A DNA stretch of 64,000 nucleotides from Pseudomonadota bacterium (GCA_040388195.1 JAZKCF010000106.1:444-64443), one strand, 5' to 3'. Shown: positions 50,860-61,533, counted from the stretch's first letter. The notes: generated by a model not told the origin, from the letters alone. Numbers and translations: made by a program.

Positions 50860-53109
50860 TCACTTATTAACGCAATCGATAAAGTAACGAGTGCGTCCGT
50901 CGTTTTGCTCTTCAATCAAACCATGAATATCCGTTTCAAATCCAGGGAAGGTCTTGTTGAATTCACCGACGAATCGAAGATACTCCACGATCTTCCGGTT
51001 AAATCGCTCTCCTGGCACAAGCAATGGAATACCGGGCGGATAAGGCGTCAACAAGATACTGGTGACTCGCCCTTCCAGTTTATCGATTTCTACCCGTTCA
51101 ATTTCCCGATGCGCCATTTTGGCAAACGCATCGGACGGCTTCATCGCCGGTTTCATATCCGATAAATACATCTCTGTGGTTAAGCGAGCAATATTAGCGG
51201 TCCGGTACATTCCATGGATTTGCTGACAAAGATCGTACAAACCAACGCGTTCGTACATCGGCTGCTGTTGGCAGAACTCAGGCAAGGCGCGCCACATCGG
51301 CTGATTTTTATCATAATCATCCTTGAATTGCTGCAGCGCTGTGACTAGCGTATTCCACCGTCCTTTTGTGATGCCAATAGTAAACAGGATGAAAAACGAA
51401 TATAGCCCCGTCTTCTCAACAATAATGCCGTGCTCCGCTAAATAGCGGGTGAGAATAGAGGCGGGAATACCGGTTTTAGCGAACTGGCCCGATACATCAA
51501 GCCCCGGCGTAATCACCGTCGCCTTAATTGGATCAAGCATGTTGAAGCCCGGCGCTAAATCACCGAAACCATGCCAGCGCTGTCCCGCTTTCAATATCCA
51601 ATCTTCGCGCGTTCCTATGCCCTCCTCCACCAATGTTTCCGGCCCCCACACTTTAAACCACCAGTCTTTGCCGAACTCTTCTTCGACCTTACGCATGGCT
51701 CGGCGAAAATCTAGTGCTTCAAGAATGGATTCTTCAACTAGTGCCGTGCCGCCTGGCGGTTCCATCATCGCCGCCGCCACATCACACGAAGCGATAATTG
51801 CGTACTGCGGCGATGTTGAGGTGTGCATCAAATAAGCTTCGTTGAATATATGGCGATCAAGCTTTCGCTTTTGCGATTCCTGCACCAAAATTTGCGATGC
51901 TTGTGAAATACCGGCGAGCAACTTATGAGTCGAATGTGTCGCAAAAATCATCGCGTCTTTCGACAGCGGCCGATCTTTCCCTATCGCATGCATATCCCGG
52001 TAAAAATCGTGAAACGCCGCATGTGGCAACCAAGCCTCATCAAAATGCAAAGTCTCGACCGAATCTCCCAATATTTCTTTTAGCGTCTCGACGTTGTACA
52101 AGACGCCATCGTAAGTGCTTTGAGTAATTGTCAGTATCCGCGGTTTGCGTTTGGAATCCTGAACAAAGGGGTTAGCTTCGATTTTCTTTTGAATGTTTTC
52201 GGGCCGAAATTCTTCAAGAGGAATAGGACCGATAATGCCCAAATGATTACGCGTGGGAGTGAGAAAAACCGGTACCGCGCCGGTCATGATAATCGCATGC
52301 AGAATCGATTTATGACAGTTGCGATCGACCACAACGACATCGCCTGGCGCGACATTCGCATGCCACACGATTTTGTTAGACGTCGACGTGCCGTTGGTGA
52401 CAAAAAAACAATGATCGGCATTGAATATCCGCGCCGCATTCCGCTCGCTTGCAGCAACCGGACCGGTGTGATCAAGCAACTGGCCGAGCTCTTCTACTGC
52501 GTTGCAAACATCCGCCCGCAGCATGTTCTCGCCAAAGAACTGATGGAACATCTGTCCCACAGGACTTTTCAAAAACGCCACGCCACCGGAATGCCCGGGG
52601 CAATGCCATGAATAAGAACCGTCCTGAGCATAATGCGTCAGCGCTCGAAAAAAAGGCGGCGGCAAACTATCTAGATAGGATTTGGCTTCACGAATGATAT
52701 GGCGCGCGACGAACTCGGGCGTGTCTTCGAACATATGAATAAACCCGTGCATTTCGCGCAGGATATCGTTCGGGATATGACGCGAAGTACGCGTTTCGCC
52801 ATATAAGTAGATGGGGATTTCCGCGTTTCTGAAACGGAGCTCTTGCACGAAAGCGCGCAGATTAGCCAGCGCAAGCCGTGTTTCCTCCGGCGAGCCCGCA
52901 CCGAATTCGTCATCATCGATGGATAAGAGAAATGCGGAGGCGCGGCTCTGCTGTTGTGCGAACGATGAAAGATCGCCGTAGCTTGTCACTCCCAGCACTT
53001 CCATTCCTTCATCTTCGATTGCCTTGGCTAAGGCTCGAATGCCGAGGCCACTGGTGTTCTCGGAACGAAAATCTTCGTCAATGATGACGATAGGAAAGCG
53101 AAATTTCAT
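50860..53109 (-). CDS. Arginine/lysine/ornithine decarboxylase (wing domain, PLP)
   Basis: WHCPGHSGG, DRNCHKS, HFDEAW, HSTHKLL, PYPPGIP. Confidence 0.93.
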   Translation of the reverse strand: MKFRFPIVIIDEDFRSENTSGLGIRALAKAIEDEGMEVLGVTSYGDLSSFAQQQSRASAFLLSIDDDEFGAGSPEETRLALANLRAFVQELRFRNAEIPIYLYGETRTSRHIPNDILREMHGFIHMFEDTPEFVARHIIREAKSYLDSLPPPFFRALTHYAQDGSYSWHCPGHSGGVAFLKSPVGQMFHQFFGENMLRADVCNAVEELGQLLDHTGPVAASERNAARIFNADHCFFVTNGTSTSNKIVWHANVAPGDVVVVDRNCHKSILHAIIMTGAVPVFLTPTRNHLGIIGPIPLEEFRPENIQKKIEANPFVQDSKRKPRILTITQSTYDGVLYNVETLKEILGDSVETLHFDEAWLPHAAFHDFYRDMHAIGKDRPLSKDAMIFATHSTHKLLAGISQASQILVQESQKRKLDRHIFNEAYLMHTSTSPQYAIIASCDVAAAMMEPPGGTALVEESILEALDFRRAMRKVEEEFGKDWWFKVWGPETLVEEGIGTREDWILKAGQRWHGFGDLAPGFNMLDPIKATVITPGLDVSGQFAKTGIPASILTRYLAEHGIIVEKTGLYSFFILFTIGITKGRWNTLVTALQQFKDDYDKNQPMWRALPEFCQQQPMYERVGLYDLCQQIHGMYRTANIARLTTEMYLSDMKPAMKPSDAFAKMAHREIERVEIDKLEGRVTSILLTPYPPGIPLLVPGERFNRKIVEYLRFVGEFNKTFPGFETDIHGLIEEQNDGRTRYFIDCVNK

Positions 53110-53299
53110 TTACAGGAGCCTTGTAAAAATGGTTAACAAAAAAATCTACCCCGAGAAATATGCCGTTACTGCCAAAGCAGAATGGCTTATTAGTTTTTTT
53201 GCTAGTTATTAATACAACTCTCATATAAATGAGATAAAAAATGCTCCTTAGGAATCTCTGAATAAGTGCAGCTCGCGCAGTAACTTATTCGAAAATTCT

Positions 53300-53866
53300 T
53301 TATATTTTTGGTAGCGTGACCCCGTGTTGACCTTGGTATTTTCCACCGCGATCTTTGTACGACGTTTCGCAAACTTCGTCGCTTTCGAAAAAGATTACTT
53401 GGGCGACGCCCTCGTTCGCGTAGATCCGAGCCGGTAACGGGGTCGTATTAGAAAACTCCAACGTCACATAGCCTTCCCATTCAGGCTCAAAAGGCGTGAC
53501 ATTCACGATAATTCCGCAACGTGCGTATGTCGATTTACCCAAGCATATAGTAAGAACGTTACGAGGAATGCGAAAGTATTCGATGGTCCGCGCCAGAGCA
53601 AACGAATTGGGAGGAATAATGCAGGTTTCACCCTTGAAATCGACAAACGATTTCTCATCGAAATGCTTCGGATCGACAATCGTCGAATTGATGTTAGTGA
53701 ACACCTTGAATTCCTCGGAGCAGCGAATATCGTAACCATAGCTGGACGTGCCATACGATACGATCTTTTGTCCGTTCGCCTCACGGATTTGACCGGGCTC
53801 GAAAGGCTCGATCATCCGGTGTTCTTCCGCCATGCGGCGAATCCATTTATCAGATTTTATTGACAT
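53300..53866 (-). CDS. dcd: dCTP deaminase
   Basis: [33 protein letters not shown]. Confidence 0.96.
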   Translation of the reverse strand: MSIKSDKWIRRMAEEHRMIEPFEPGQIREANGQKIVSYGTSSYGYDIRCSEEFKVFTNINSTIVDPKHFDEKSFVDFKGETCIIPPNSFALARTIEYFRIPRNVLTICLGKSTYARCGIIVNVTPFEPEWEGYVTLEFSNTTPLPARIYANEGVAQVIFFESDEVCETSYKDRGGKYQGQHGVTLPKI

Positions 53867-53957
53867 GTCATCCCTGTGGCGAAAATTTAAGCCTTAAACG
53901 TAACTTGCAAATGGCTACAGCACCGCTTCTTAAACAACGGCGCAAGCGAGCATTTTT

Positions 53958-55046
53958 CTACGTATTTTGAATCACAATCTTCGGAAATAGCGCGCTTCTA
54001 TCCTGTGCTTTGTCGGCAATCTTGATAGCAACCTTGCGCGCAATTTCTTTATAAATTTCGGTAATTCGCCCATTAGGATCAGCTACCACCGTCGGCTTGC
54101 CGGAATCGGTCTGCTCGCGAATATTGATATCCAGCGGCAACGCCCCCAGAAAATCCACGCTATAGTCCTTGCACATCCGCTCTCCGCCACCGGCGCCAAA
54201 AATGTGCTCTTCATGGCCGCATTTAGAGCAGACATGCGTACTCATGTTTTCGACGATGCCAATGATGGGCACGCCTACCTTCTCGAACATTTTGAGACCT
54301 TTGCGCGCGTCGAGCAGCGCGATGTCCTGCGGTGTCGTGACAATAACTGCGCCTGTCACCGGCACCTTTTGCGCCAATGTCAGTTGAATATCGCCTGTAC
54401 CCGGCGGTAGATCCACCACTAGATAATCCACGTCTCGCCACTGCGTTTCGTTAAGCAATTGCTCCAAGGCCTGGGTAACCATTGGTCCCCGCCATACCAT
54501 CGGCGTTTCGATATCGATTAGAAATCCCACCGACATTGCTTGAATACCATGGCCTTCCATCGGCTGCATGGTCTTGCCGTCGCGTGATTCTGGACGACCG
54601 CTAATACCGAGCATCGCGGGCTGCGATGGACCATAAATATCCGCGTCGAGCACACCAACGGTCGCGCCCTCGGCAGCTAATGCCAGTGCCAAGTTCACCG
54701 CTGTTGTCGATTTGCCAACGCCGCCTTTGCCGGAAGCCACGGCGATAATGTTTTTCACATTCGGAATCAGCTTCACGCCCCGCTGCACGCTATGCGATAC
54801 GATCTTCGAATACACATTAACGCTGACATTGTTAACACCCGCTATCGATTTCACCTTCGCCATCACTTGCCGGCGAATATTCTCGATCTGACTTTTAGCG
54901 GGGTAACCCAGCACGATATCCAACGCGACGTCCATGCCCTCGATACGCACATTGCGGAGCGCTTTAGCCGTCACGTAATCCTTACCGGTATTCGGGTCCG
55001 AAATTTCCTTCAGAGCCGTTTGTACATCCACTTCAGAGATCGCCAT
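53958..55046 (-). CDS. apbC: Fe-S cluster carrier ATPase ApbC/Mrp
   Basis: GKGGVGKST, DADIYGPS, PPGTGD, ENMS..CSKC. Confidence 0.94.
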   Translation of the reverse strand: MAISEVDVQTALKEISDPNTGKDYVTAKALRNVRIEGMDVALDIVLGYPAKSQIENIRRQVMAKVKSIAGVNNVSVNVYSKIVSHSVQRGVKLIPNVKNIIAVASGKGGVGKSTTAVNLALALAAEGATVGVLDADIYGPSQPAMLGISGRPESRDGKTMQPMEGHGIQAMSVGFLIDIETPMVWRGPMVTQALEQLLNETQWRDVDYLVVDLPPGTGDIQLTLAQKVPVTGAVIVTTPQDIALLDARKGLKMFEKVGVPIIGIVENMSTHVCSKCGHEEHIFGAGGGERMCKDYSVDFLGALPLDINIREQTDSGKPTVVADPNGRITEIYKEIARKVAIKIADKAQDRSALFPKIVIQNT

Positions 55047-55109
55047 ATACTTTCCAGTTACTCAACTCGGGCTTAGTTCGTCACAAGACTGCAAGCTAAT
55101 CGTTAATTT

Positions 55110-55214
55110 TAGGACTTATGCAAAACCGTCCCAGCAAAGCGCGACGACGCAGACAGTACGGATTTGTACGGCAAGGAAGGGCAACGCCGTTGGGACGGTT
55201 TTGCGTAAGTTCTA
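55110..55214. mobile_element. MITE-like palindromic element, copy 4 (opposite orientation)
   Basis: TAGGACTTATGCAAAA...TTTTGCGTAAGTTCTA; TAATTTTA at both junctions. Confidence 0.85.
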
Positions 55215-55367
55215 ATTTTAAACAATTACGCCCCCTCAAGATATCTCTTTGATACAATTTCACCGCGCGTTTCCAAAGGTATTAGCGATTGGAATCCCAA
55301 AACACTCCTCGATCCAAATCACTAACCAGTGCGTATAAACATCCGCCCCCTCCATGACAATCTTAAG

Positions 55368-57485
55368 ATGACCCGCAAAATCCTCGTTACCAGTGCACTC
55401 CCTTACGCAAACGGCGCTATCCATCTCGGCCATTTGGTTGAATATATTCAAACTGATATTTGGGTCCGCTTTCAGCGAATGCAAGGACATGAAGTGCATT
55501 ACGTCGGCGCCGACGATACGCATGGAACGCCAGTCATGCTGCGTGCAGAGAAAGAAGGTATCGCCCCGCGCGACCTTATCGCACGCGTAAAAACAGAACA
55601 CGAACGCGATTTTTTCGGTGGCGAACAAATAAAAGCGAAAGGTGAATTCGGTGGGTTCTACATCGGTTTCGATCATTACTACACGACCGATTCAACGGAA
55701 AATCGCGAGTACTGCGAACAAATTTACGGCACACTGGAAAAAAACGACCTGATCGCCAAGCGGTCGGTTGAGCAATTTTACGATCCGATCAAAGAAATGT
55801 TTTTGCCCGATCGCTTCATTAAAGGCGAATGTCCAAAGTGCGGCGCAAAAGACCAATACGGCGACTCCTGCGAAGTATGCGGCGCAACTTATGCACCGAC
55901 GGATCTTAAAAATCCCTACTCAGTCGTCTCCGGTGCAAAACCGGTTCGGAAATCGTCTGAGCACTACTTCTTTAAACTTTCCGATAAGCGCTGCCGCGAT
56001 TTTCTCCGCCGCTGGACACGGGAAGAAGGCCGGCTCCAATCCGAAGCGTCTAATAAGATGCAAGAGTGGCTGGGCGAAGTAGGCGAGGAAAAACTTTCTG
56101 ACTGGGACATTTCCAGAGATGCGCCTTACTTTGGTTTTCCGATTCCGGGTACGGATAACAAAAAGTTTTTTTATGTATGGTTAGACGCACCGGTTGGCTA
56201 CTTCGCCAGCTTCAAGAATTACTGCGAGCAACAGAAAATCAAAGGTATCGAAATCAACATCGATGCTTTCCTAAATCCCGGAAAAGCAGCCAAGGCGAAG
56301 ACCGAATTTGTACATTTCATCGGCAAAGACATTCTTTACTTTCACGCCCTCTTTTGGCCAGCGATGCTTGAGCATTCCGGCTACCGCACGCCGACCAGCA
56401 TCTACGCGCATGGTTTCTTGACGGTCAATGGCGAGAAAATGTCTAAATCCCGCGGCACCTTTATCACTGCGGAAAGCTATCTCACATTAGGTTTGAATCC
56501 GGAATGGTTACGTTATTACTATGCAGCCAAGCTAAATGGCACGATGGAAGACATTGACCTCAATTTGGATGATTTCGTTGCGCGAGTGAACAGCGATTTG
56601 GTCGGGAAGTACGTCAACATTGCCAGCCGTTGTGCTGGATTTCTTACCAAAAAATTCAACGGACAAATTGCCGGAGGCGAAGTATTGCCGGTTCTCACCA
56701 AGCTTCAAGGTCACGCCAAACAATTGGCTGCGCTTTACGAAGGTCGCGCATATGGCCAGGCGTTGCGAGAAGTAATGGCGCTAGCCGACGAAGTGAACCA
56801 ATTTGTTGATCAGTCGAAACCCTGGGAACTAGCAAAAGACTCTACGCAAGATCAAGCGTTGCATTGGATTTGTTCACAAGCATTGAACCTATTTCGATTA
56901 CTCACGCTCTATCTCAAACCAGTTCTACCAAAACTGGCACAACAAGTGGAATCGTTTCTCAACATACCGCCACTTACTTGGAAAGACGCCAGTACATTGC
57001 TGCCTGAAGGACATGTAATTGGTGTGTATAAACACTTAATCACTCGTGTCGAACCAAAGCAAATCGAGGCGCTTATAGCCGCTAACACAGATAACCTTTC
57101 AGCATCTTCACCGACCGTGATTCCCGAGGAAAAACCAAAAGTTGATATTGCCCCGATTGCCGAAACCATTAATATCGATGACTTCAGCAAAATAGACTTT
57201 CGCATTGCCCGCATCGTAGCTGCGGAAAATGTCGCAGAAGCCGACAAGCTTTTGAAGTTAACCCTCGACATCGGGATTGAACAGCGGACGGTATTTGCTG
57301 GCATCAAGTCAGCCTACACCCCGGAACAACTCGTAGGTCGGCTTACCATAATGGTTGCGAACTTGGCGCCGCGAAAAATGCGCTTTGGTGAGTCGCAAGG
57401 AATGGTGTTGGCTGCTAGTGATAGCGGTGGGCTGTATATCCTTAGTCCTGACGATGGCGCAAAACCAGGGATGCGCGTTAAATAG
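55368..57485 (+). CDS. metG: Methionine--tRNA ligase with C-terminal tRNA-binding domain
   Basis: ALPYANG..HLGH, CPKC..CEVC, KMSKS, NLAPRKM..SQGM. Confidence 0.97.
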   Translation: MTRKILVTSALPYANGAIHLGHLVEYIQTDIWVRFQRMQGHEVHYVGADDTHGTPVMLRAEKEGIAPRDLIARVKTEHERDFFGGEQIKAKGEFGGFYIGFDHYYTTDSTENREYCEQIYGTLEKNDLIAKRSVEQFYDPIKEMFLPDRFIKGECPKCGAKDQYGDSCEVCGATYAPTDLKNPYSVVSGAKPVRKSSEHYFFKLSDKRCRDFLRRWTREEGRLQSEASNKMQEWLGEVGEEKLSDWDISRDAPYFGFPIPGTDNKKFFYVWLDAPVGYFASFKNYCEQQKIKGIEINIDAFLNPGKAAKAKTEFVHFIGKDILYFHALFWPAMLEHSGYRTPTSIYAHGFLTVNGEKMSKSRGTFITAESYLTLGLNPEWLRYYYAAKLNGTMEDIDLNLDDFVARVNSDLVGKYVNIASRCAGFLTKKFNGQIAGGEVLPVLTKLQGHAKQLAALYEGRAYGQALREVMALADEVNQFVDQSKPWELAKDSTQDQALHWICSQALNLFRLLTLYLKPVLPKLAQQVESFLNIPPLTWKDASTLLPEGHVIGVYKHLITRVEPKQIEALIAANTDNLSASSPTVIPEEKPKVDIAPIAETINIDDFSKIDFRIARIVAAENVAEADKLLKLTLDIGIEQRTVFAGIKSAYTPEQLVGRLTIMVANLAPRKMRFGESQGMVLAASDSGGLYILSPDDGAKPGMRVK

Positions 57486-57490
57486 CAAAT

Positions 57491-57522
57491 GAGGCCGCAT
57501 TAACATATGCGGCCTCTTTCTT
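57491..57522 (+). terminator. Terminator after metG
   Basis: GAGGCCGCAT-TAACAT-ATGCGGCCTC-TTTCTT. Confidence 0.7.
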
Positions 57523-58019
57523 AATACGAAGTCGAAAGAAATTGGCTGAGCGGTTCACTATAAGCACGTGATAAGGTGCGGCGTTCCGGCCGCCGCCAAC
57601 GCTCAGCTTCCCTCTTCGCGTTAACCACATGCGGGTTAAGCAATATCACACGAATATCGTGCCCCTGAGATAACAATTCATGAAAAGGCACACCCGGCTG
57701 CGCAAAAGACTCGGCACCGGAAACAGTCCAAAGAAATACTTCATTCTTTGCCACCTCTGTCTCCACTGCCTTTCAAATTAAAACCACTTTCACTGACGTC
57801 CAAAATACCGGCATATTTAACGGCGGCGAATTTGCGACGATTACGGCAAGCCAAACGCGCGCCTAGTAGCAACGCCGCGAGGGTTAGTGCCAACAATATT
57901 TGAGTTAATAGCGGTGAAAGCGACAACGCGGATAAATGCGCATCGGAAGAGCGATCAAACGAAGTAACTACATACGGGAGCAAGAACGCAACAGCGACGG
58001 CAACAAAAACAACGGTCAA
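57521..58019 (-). pseudogene. Probable frameshifted membrane-protein pseudogene
   Basis: Two overlapping frames (TM-rich N-part; ...IRVILLNP C-part); in-frame TAG just upstream of the TTG; no clear RBS. Confidence 0.45.
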
Positions 58020-58150
58020 CTAAGGCAGGCAGTGGCGAGAGGACCAGGAGAGCAATTCGATTTTTAATTTTCACAATCACCTGGTCAGCTCGCTCATAAC
58101 TGATGCTTTGTTACGAGCCCTCGCGCCGAGGAATACGACGCCAGAGCTCT

Positions 58151-58210
58151 GAATAAAAAACGCCCGCACTAGGAGAAAAACCGCGGGCGAACGAGGGGTT
58201 CGTCAATTCT
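58151..58210 (-). ncRNA. Sibling sRNA-like module A (CCCCUCGUU + terminator with CUCCU loop)
   Basis: CCCCTCGTTCGCCCGC-GGTTTTTCTCCTAGT-GCGGGCG-TTTTTT. Confidence 0.5.
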
Positions 58211-58224
58211 TACAGTCCTGCCAG

Positions 58225-58254
58225 GAACCTTGGCAAGCAAGCTTGCCAAGGTTC
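58225..58254. repeat. Perfect 14-bp inverted repeat between the sibling modules
   Basis: GAACCTTGGCAAGC-AA-GCTTGCCAAGGTTC. Confidence 0.8.
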
Positions 58255-58255
58255 G

Positions 58256-58316
58256 GAATAAAAAACGCCCGTACTAAGGAGGGTTGCTGACGGGCGAACG
58301 AGGGGCCTTGAGTTCT
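58256..58316 (-). ncRNA. Sibling sRNA-like module B (CCCCUCGUU + terminator with CCUCCUUA loop)
   Basis: CCCCTCGTTCGCCCGT-CAGCAACCCTCCTTAGT-ACGGGCG-TTTTTT. Confidence 0.55.
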
Positions 58317-58385
58317 CATAAGAGCAGAATAAATCTTTAAAAATCGACGTTAAAATGTCGACGTAACTAGTTCGTTTAAACGCGC

Positions 58386-59021
58386 TTATCCGCGCGCTAC
58401 CAATGCACCGTTTTCGATACGTACGCGGTCACCGATTCCAACACCTGGATCACCTGTCTGAGTGATAGTGCGATACGCACCATCTTCCATCCGTACTCGA
58501 ACAACGTATTGCTTATTCTTCTTCACATTCTTTTCAATTTCATTACCTGCAAAGCCGCCGCCTACGGCGCCAGCCACAGTTGCCAAATCGTTACCACGGC
58601 CATTACCCATTTGATGACCTAATATGCCACCAACAACAGCACCGCCGACAACACCTAGACCAGAACCTTGCCCTTTCACTTCACGCACCTGCACTGACTC
58701 AACCACACCGCAACTCGCACACGTCATTGCAATGTGCTGCGGTGCCTGATTCGTCCGTGGCGCTGTGGAATGCTCTCGCGAAACAACATGCGAAGTTTTT
58801 GGCTTCTGTACTACCGCTTGCTTCACCGGCTCTACTTCTTTTATATCTTTGTCAGCTTGAAGCGTTTGCGCGGTTTGTGCATCGACCGTCACTTCACTTT
58901 TTTGCGATGACGCATTAGGCATATGACCAGTCATTGTGGCAATGCCAACAACACTGAACAGAATTACCGAGATGGAAGCAATCACCATCACCGGATACAA
59001 CATTCCATTCCTTTTATCCAT
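58386..59021 (-). CDS. Glycine-zipper 2TM envelope protein (SlyB/Pcp-like)
   Basis: N-terminal TM, CASCGVV, GAVVGGILGHQMG.G.G...ATVAGAVGGGFAGN, VRMEDG; RBS AAGGGG before ATG 59021. Confidence 0.85.
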   Translation of the reverse strand: MDKRNGMLYPVMVIASISVILFSVVGIATMTGHMPNASSQKSEVTVDAQTAQTLQADKDIKEVEPVKQAVVQKPKTSHVVSREHSTAPRTNQAPQHIAMTCASCGVVESVQVREVKGQGSGLGVVGGAVVGGILGHQMGNGRGNDLATVAGAVGGGFAGNEIEKNVKKNKQYVVRVRMEDGAYRTITQTGDPGVGIGDRVRIENGALVARG

Positions 59022-59112
59022 AACTCTTCCCCTTACTTTACTAATCTCTCCGGACTTATCCGAAACGATCACTTACCGTCCCAAACAGTATTAAGCGCCG
59101 CCTAAATACGTT

Positions 59113-59128
59113 AGCAATGGTCGTGCCA
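59113..59128 (-). promoter_or_regulatory. Sigma54 -24/-12 promoter
   Basis: TGGCACGACCATTGCT, consensus match. Confidence 0.88.
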
Positions 59129-59146
59129 GTTTTATTTATTATTTAT

Positions 59147-59159
59147 AATCAAGCAGTTA
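59147..59159 (+). promoter_or_regulatory. IHF site
   Basis: AATCAAGCAGTTA = WATCAANNNNTTR; a second near-match at 59240-59252 on the minus strand. Confidence 0.65.
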
Positions 59160-59201
59160 TAAAAAAATAGACTATTTACGAGAAAAAACGATCGATAAAT
59201 T

Positions 59202-59219
59202 TGTCTCTAATTACCGACA
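59202..59219. promoter_or_regulatory. GlrR-type upstream activator site 1
   Basis: TGTC-TCTAATTACC-GACA (TGTC-N10-GACA). Confidence 0.75.
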
Positions 59220-59268
59220 ATTCGCTGATTACAAGGAATTAACAAGTTGATCACACAAGGGTTTTTTA

Positions 59269-59286
59269 TGTCGCCGAAGGGCGACT
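59269..59286. promoter_or_regulatory. GlrR-type upstream activator site 2
   Basis: TGTC-GCCGAAGGGC-GACT. Confidence 0.65.
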
Positions 59287-59360
59287 AATTTAGAGAGGAC
59301 GCAGACTGGCAGGATGAGCGACGCTTTAAAACCGCTAATCCTGCCTTAATAAAACAAATT

Positions 59361-59517
59361 ATACGAATCCCAATTAAAAACGGAACAATGAAATTGATGG
59401 ATTTTTTTGTCTGGCAAGGCGAGAGAAGGCGTCATAGTGAACTATGGCAACGACGAGCAACGCAGTCAGACAAAAAAAGACCCGATTTCATGTTTCGTTT
59501 TTAATTGGGATTCGTAT
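59361..59517. mobile_element. 157-bp palindromic element with different TIRs but the same core
   Basis: 22-bp perfect TIR ATACGAATCCCAATTAAAAACG; core GCAAGGCG...CATAG-TGAA-CTATG...CAACGCAG. Confidence 0.75.
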
Positions 59518-59522
59518 TAATT

Positions 59523-60866
59523 CTAGGCTTGGGATTTAAACCGTGCCGGTTCTAATTGATGGCGCTGCAAGAGCTTATAAAATTCAGTGCGGTTACGCTT
59601 AGCAAGCTTGGCCGCTTGAGTAACGTTGCCCTCGGTTATTTTCAGGAGTTGTGAAAGATAGTCTCGCTCGAACCGGCGGCGCGCTTCATCAAACGAATCA
59701 AAATCTCGTTGTTCGCGTTGAATAGCGTTTTGCACCAAGGTTGCAGGAATTACCGGCGTTGTGGTTAACGCAACGGTCTGTTCAACCACGTTATATAGCT
59801 GCCGAACGTTTCCAGGCCACGGAGCAGCCACAAGTAATTCCAATGCTTCCGGCGCAAAGGCGTTTACTGGCTTTGCGTATTTGTCACCGACTCGCTTAAG
59901 GAAATAGGAAGCGAGTAACGGTATATCTTCGCGCCGCTCGGCGAGTGAAGGAAGTTTCAGGGAAACCACATTCAACCGGTAAAACAAATCGCCTCGGAAA
60001 GTTCCATTATCCTTGGCAGTCTCCAGATCCCGGTGAGTAGCAGAAATAATACGAACATCCACCGACACCGATTGCGTCGCGCCAACAGGCCGCACATGAC
60101 GGTCTTCTAACACCCGCAGGAGCTTCACCTGCAATGAGAGAGGCATATCGCCAATCTCATCCAGCAACAAGGTTCCTTTATCCGCCGCTTGAAATAAGCC
60201 TTTGTAATCCTTCACCGCGCCGGTAAACGATCCTTTGATATGGCCGAATAGCTCAGATTCCAGCAACTGCTCTGGAATCGCGCCGCAATTCACTGCTATA
60301 AAAGGGTTATCTCTTCGCTTGCTGGCCTTATGAATCGCGCGCGCCAGCAATTCCTTGCCGCTACCGCTTTCACCCGATAGAAACACACTCGCATCCCCAG
60401 CCGCTACCAATTTCGCTTGATTCAGTACGTCTTCTATTAAACGGCTACGGGTAATAATTTCCGAGCGCCATTCGCCGCTTTCTCCCAAGTCAATCGTAGC
60501 CCCGGATAAGCGCAAAGCCGCGTCCACTTGCTCTAGCAACGTTGCGCTTTCATAAGGCTTAGTGAGATAACCAAATACGCCACGCATCGTTGCGGAAACC
60601 GCCTCCGGGATCGTGCCGTGCGCGGTGAGAATGATCACCGGCAATGCGGGATGATCCTTACGCAAGGTATCGAACAACGCGATGCCATCCATACCAGGCA
60701 TCCGTAAATCGGAAATTACCAATTGCGGCATTTCAGCGGCAATGGCGGCCAGCGCGCGCTCACCATTCTCCGTCGTAATGACTTCGTATCCTGCGGATTT
60801 AAGCCGAATGGCAAGAAGACGCAAAAGATCTGGGTCATCATCTACTAATAAAATTTTTGCTTGCAT
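59523..60866 (-). CDS. glrR: Sigma54-dependent response regulator, GlrR/QseF-like
   Basis: REC, GESGSGKE, GSFTGA, LLDEIGD, WPGNVRQL, AAKLAKRNRTEFYKLLQRH HTH. Confidence 0.88.
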   Translation of the reverse strand: MQAKILLVDDDPDLLRLLAIRLKSAGYEVITTENGERALAAIAAEMPQLVISDLRMPGMDGIALFDTLRKDHPALPVIILTAHGTIPEAVSATMRGVFGYLTKPYESATLLEQVDAALRLSGATIDLGESGEWRSEIITRSRLIEDVLNQAKLVAAGDASVFLSGESGSGKELLARAIHKASKRRDNPFIAVNCGAIPEQLLESELFGHIKGSFTGAVKDYKGLFQAADKGTLLLDEIGDMPLSLQVKLLRVLEDRHVRPVGATQSVSVDVRIISATHRDLETAKDNGTFRGDLFYRLNVVSLKLPSLAERREDIPLLASYFLKRVGDKYAKPVNAFAPEALELLVAAPWPGNVRQLYNVVEQTVALTTTPVIPATLVQNAIQREQRDFDSFDEARRRFERDYLSQLLKITEGNVTQAAKLAKRNRTEFYKLLQRHQLEPARFKSQA

Positions 60867-60902
60867 ACGTTTTGCGATTTCTAACTTCACTTTTAGAGTT
60901 GC

Positions 60903-61460
60903 TTATTTAGGTGCAGATTGTTTGCCCCGGCCACGCTCGGACAAACTTTTTTCAATAGATTTGAGTGCTTCAAGTTTCTGCTGCAACTCTGCAGACTGTC
61001 TTTGCTCTTCTTTTAGTTTAGTATTCGATGCCTGCGCTGCCTCATCTAAGCGCTTGTTGTCCGCCACAAAGCCAATTAGCAACCAGACAAAATTACGCAC
61101 GCTAGGCGAGGAGGCTTCCTTGCTAAGCGGCTCTAGCATCGCTAATGCTTTGCTGTCATCCCGCAAGGGAAGACCCGGTAATGCATAAAACATGGCTAGT
61201 TCCGCACGGGTTAAATCTGTCTTTGATTTAGCTACGGCTTGTCTTAAGGATTCGTGCTCGCGAGTCAGCTCGCTTGCACTTAAACGGCGTAAATAGTTGG
61301 CATACTCCAATAGAATGTCCGAATCGGACGCAACATTTGAGGAATCACGCGCCGTTGATTGATGCTTAGGTAATTGCACGGGAGTTTCAACAACTCTATT
61401 AGCAACACAGCCCGCCATACCTAGCAGTACGGCAATAAACAGAGGAAAAAACGATTTCAT
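60903..61460 (-). CDS. QseG/YfhG-like lipoprotein with C-terminal coiled coil
   Basis: Lipobox MAGC; LQQKLEALKSIEKSL tail; lies between kinase and regulator. Confidence 0.75.
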   Translation of the reverse strand: MKSFFPLFIAVLLGMAGCVANRVVETPVQLPKHQSTARDSSNVASDSDILLEYANYLRRLSASELTREHESLRQAVAKSKTDLTRAELAMFYALPGLPLRDDSKALAMLEPLSKEASSPSVRNFVWLLIGFVADNKRLDEAAQASNTKLKEEQRQSAELQQKLEALKSIEKSLSERGRGKQSAPK

Positions 61461-61533
61461 TGCAGGCTAGCCTTATCTTCAGAATCTGATACGGAATAAG
61501 CGCCCGATTCTGACGTTACGTTTTCTGGAAAAT

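Noticed and set aside
58231-58246. TGGCAAGCAAGCTTGC as a sigma54 promoter for module A
   Set aside because: GG-to-GC spacing is one base too long on both strands; better explained as a hairpin
58151-58316. Mini CRISPR array
   Set aside because: Only two units, variable interior, terminator-like U tracts, no cas genes
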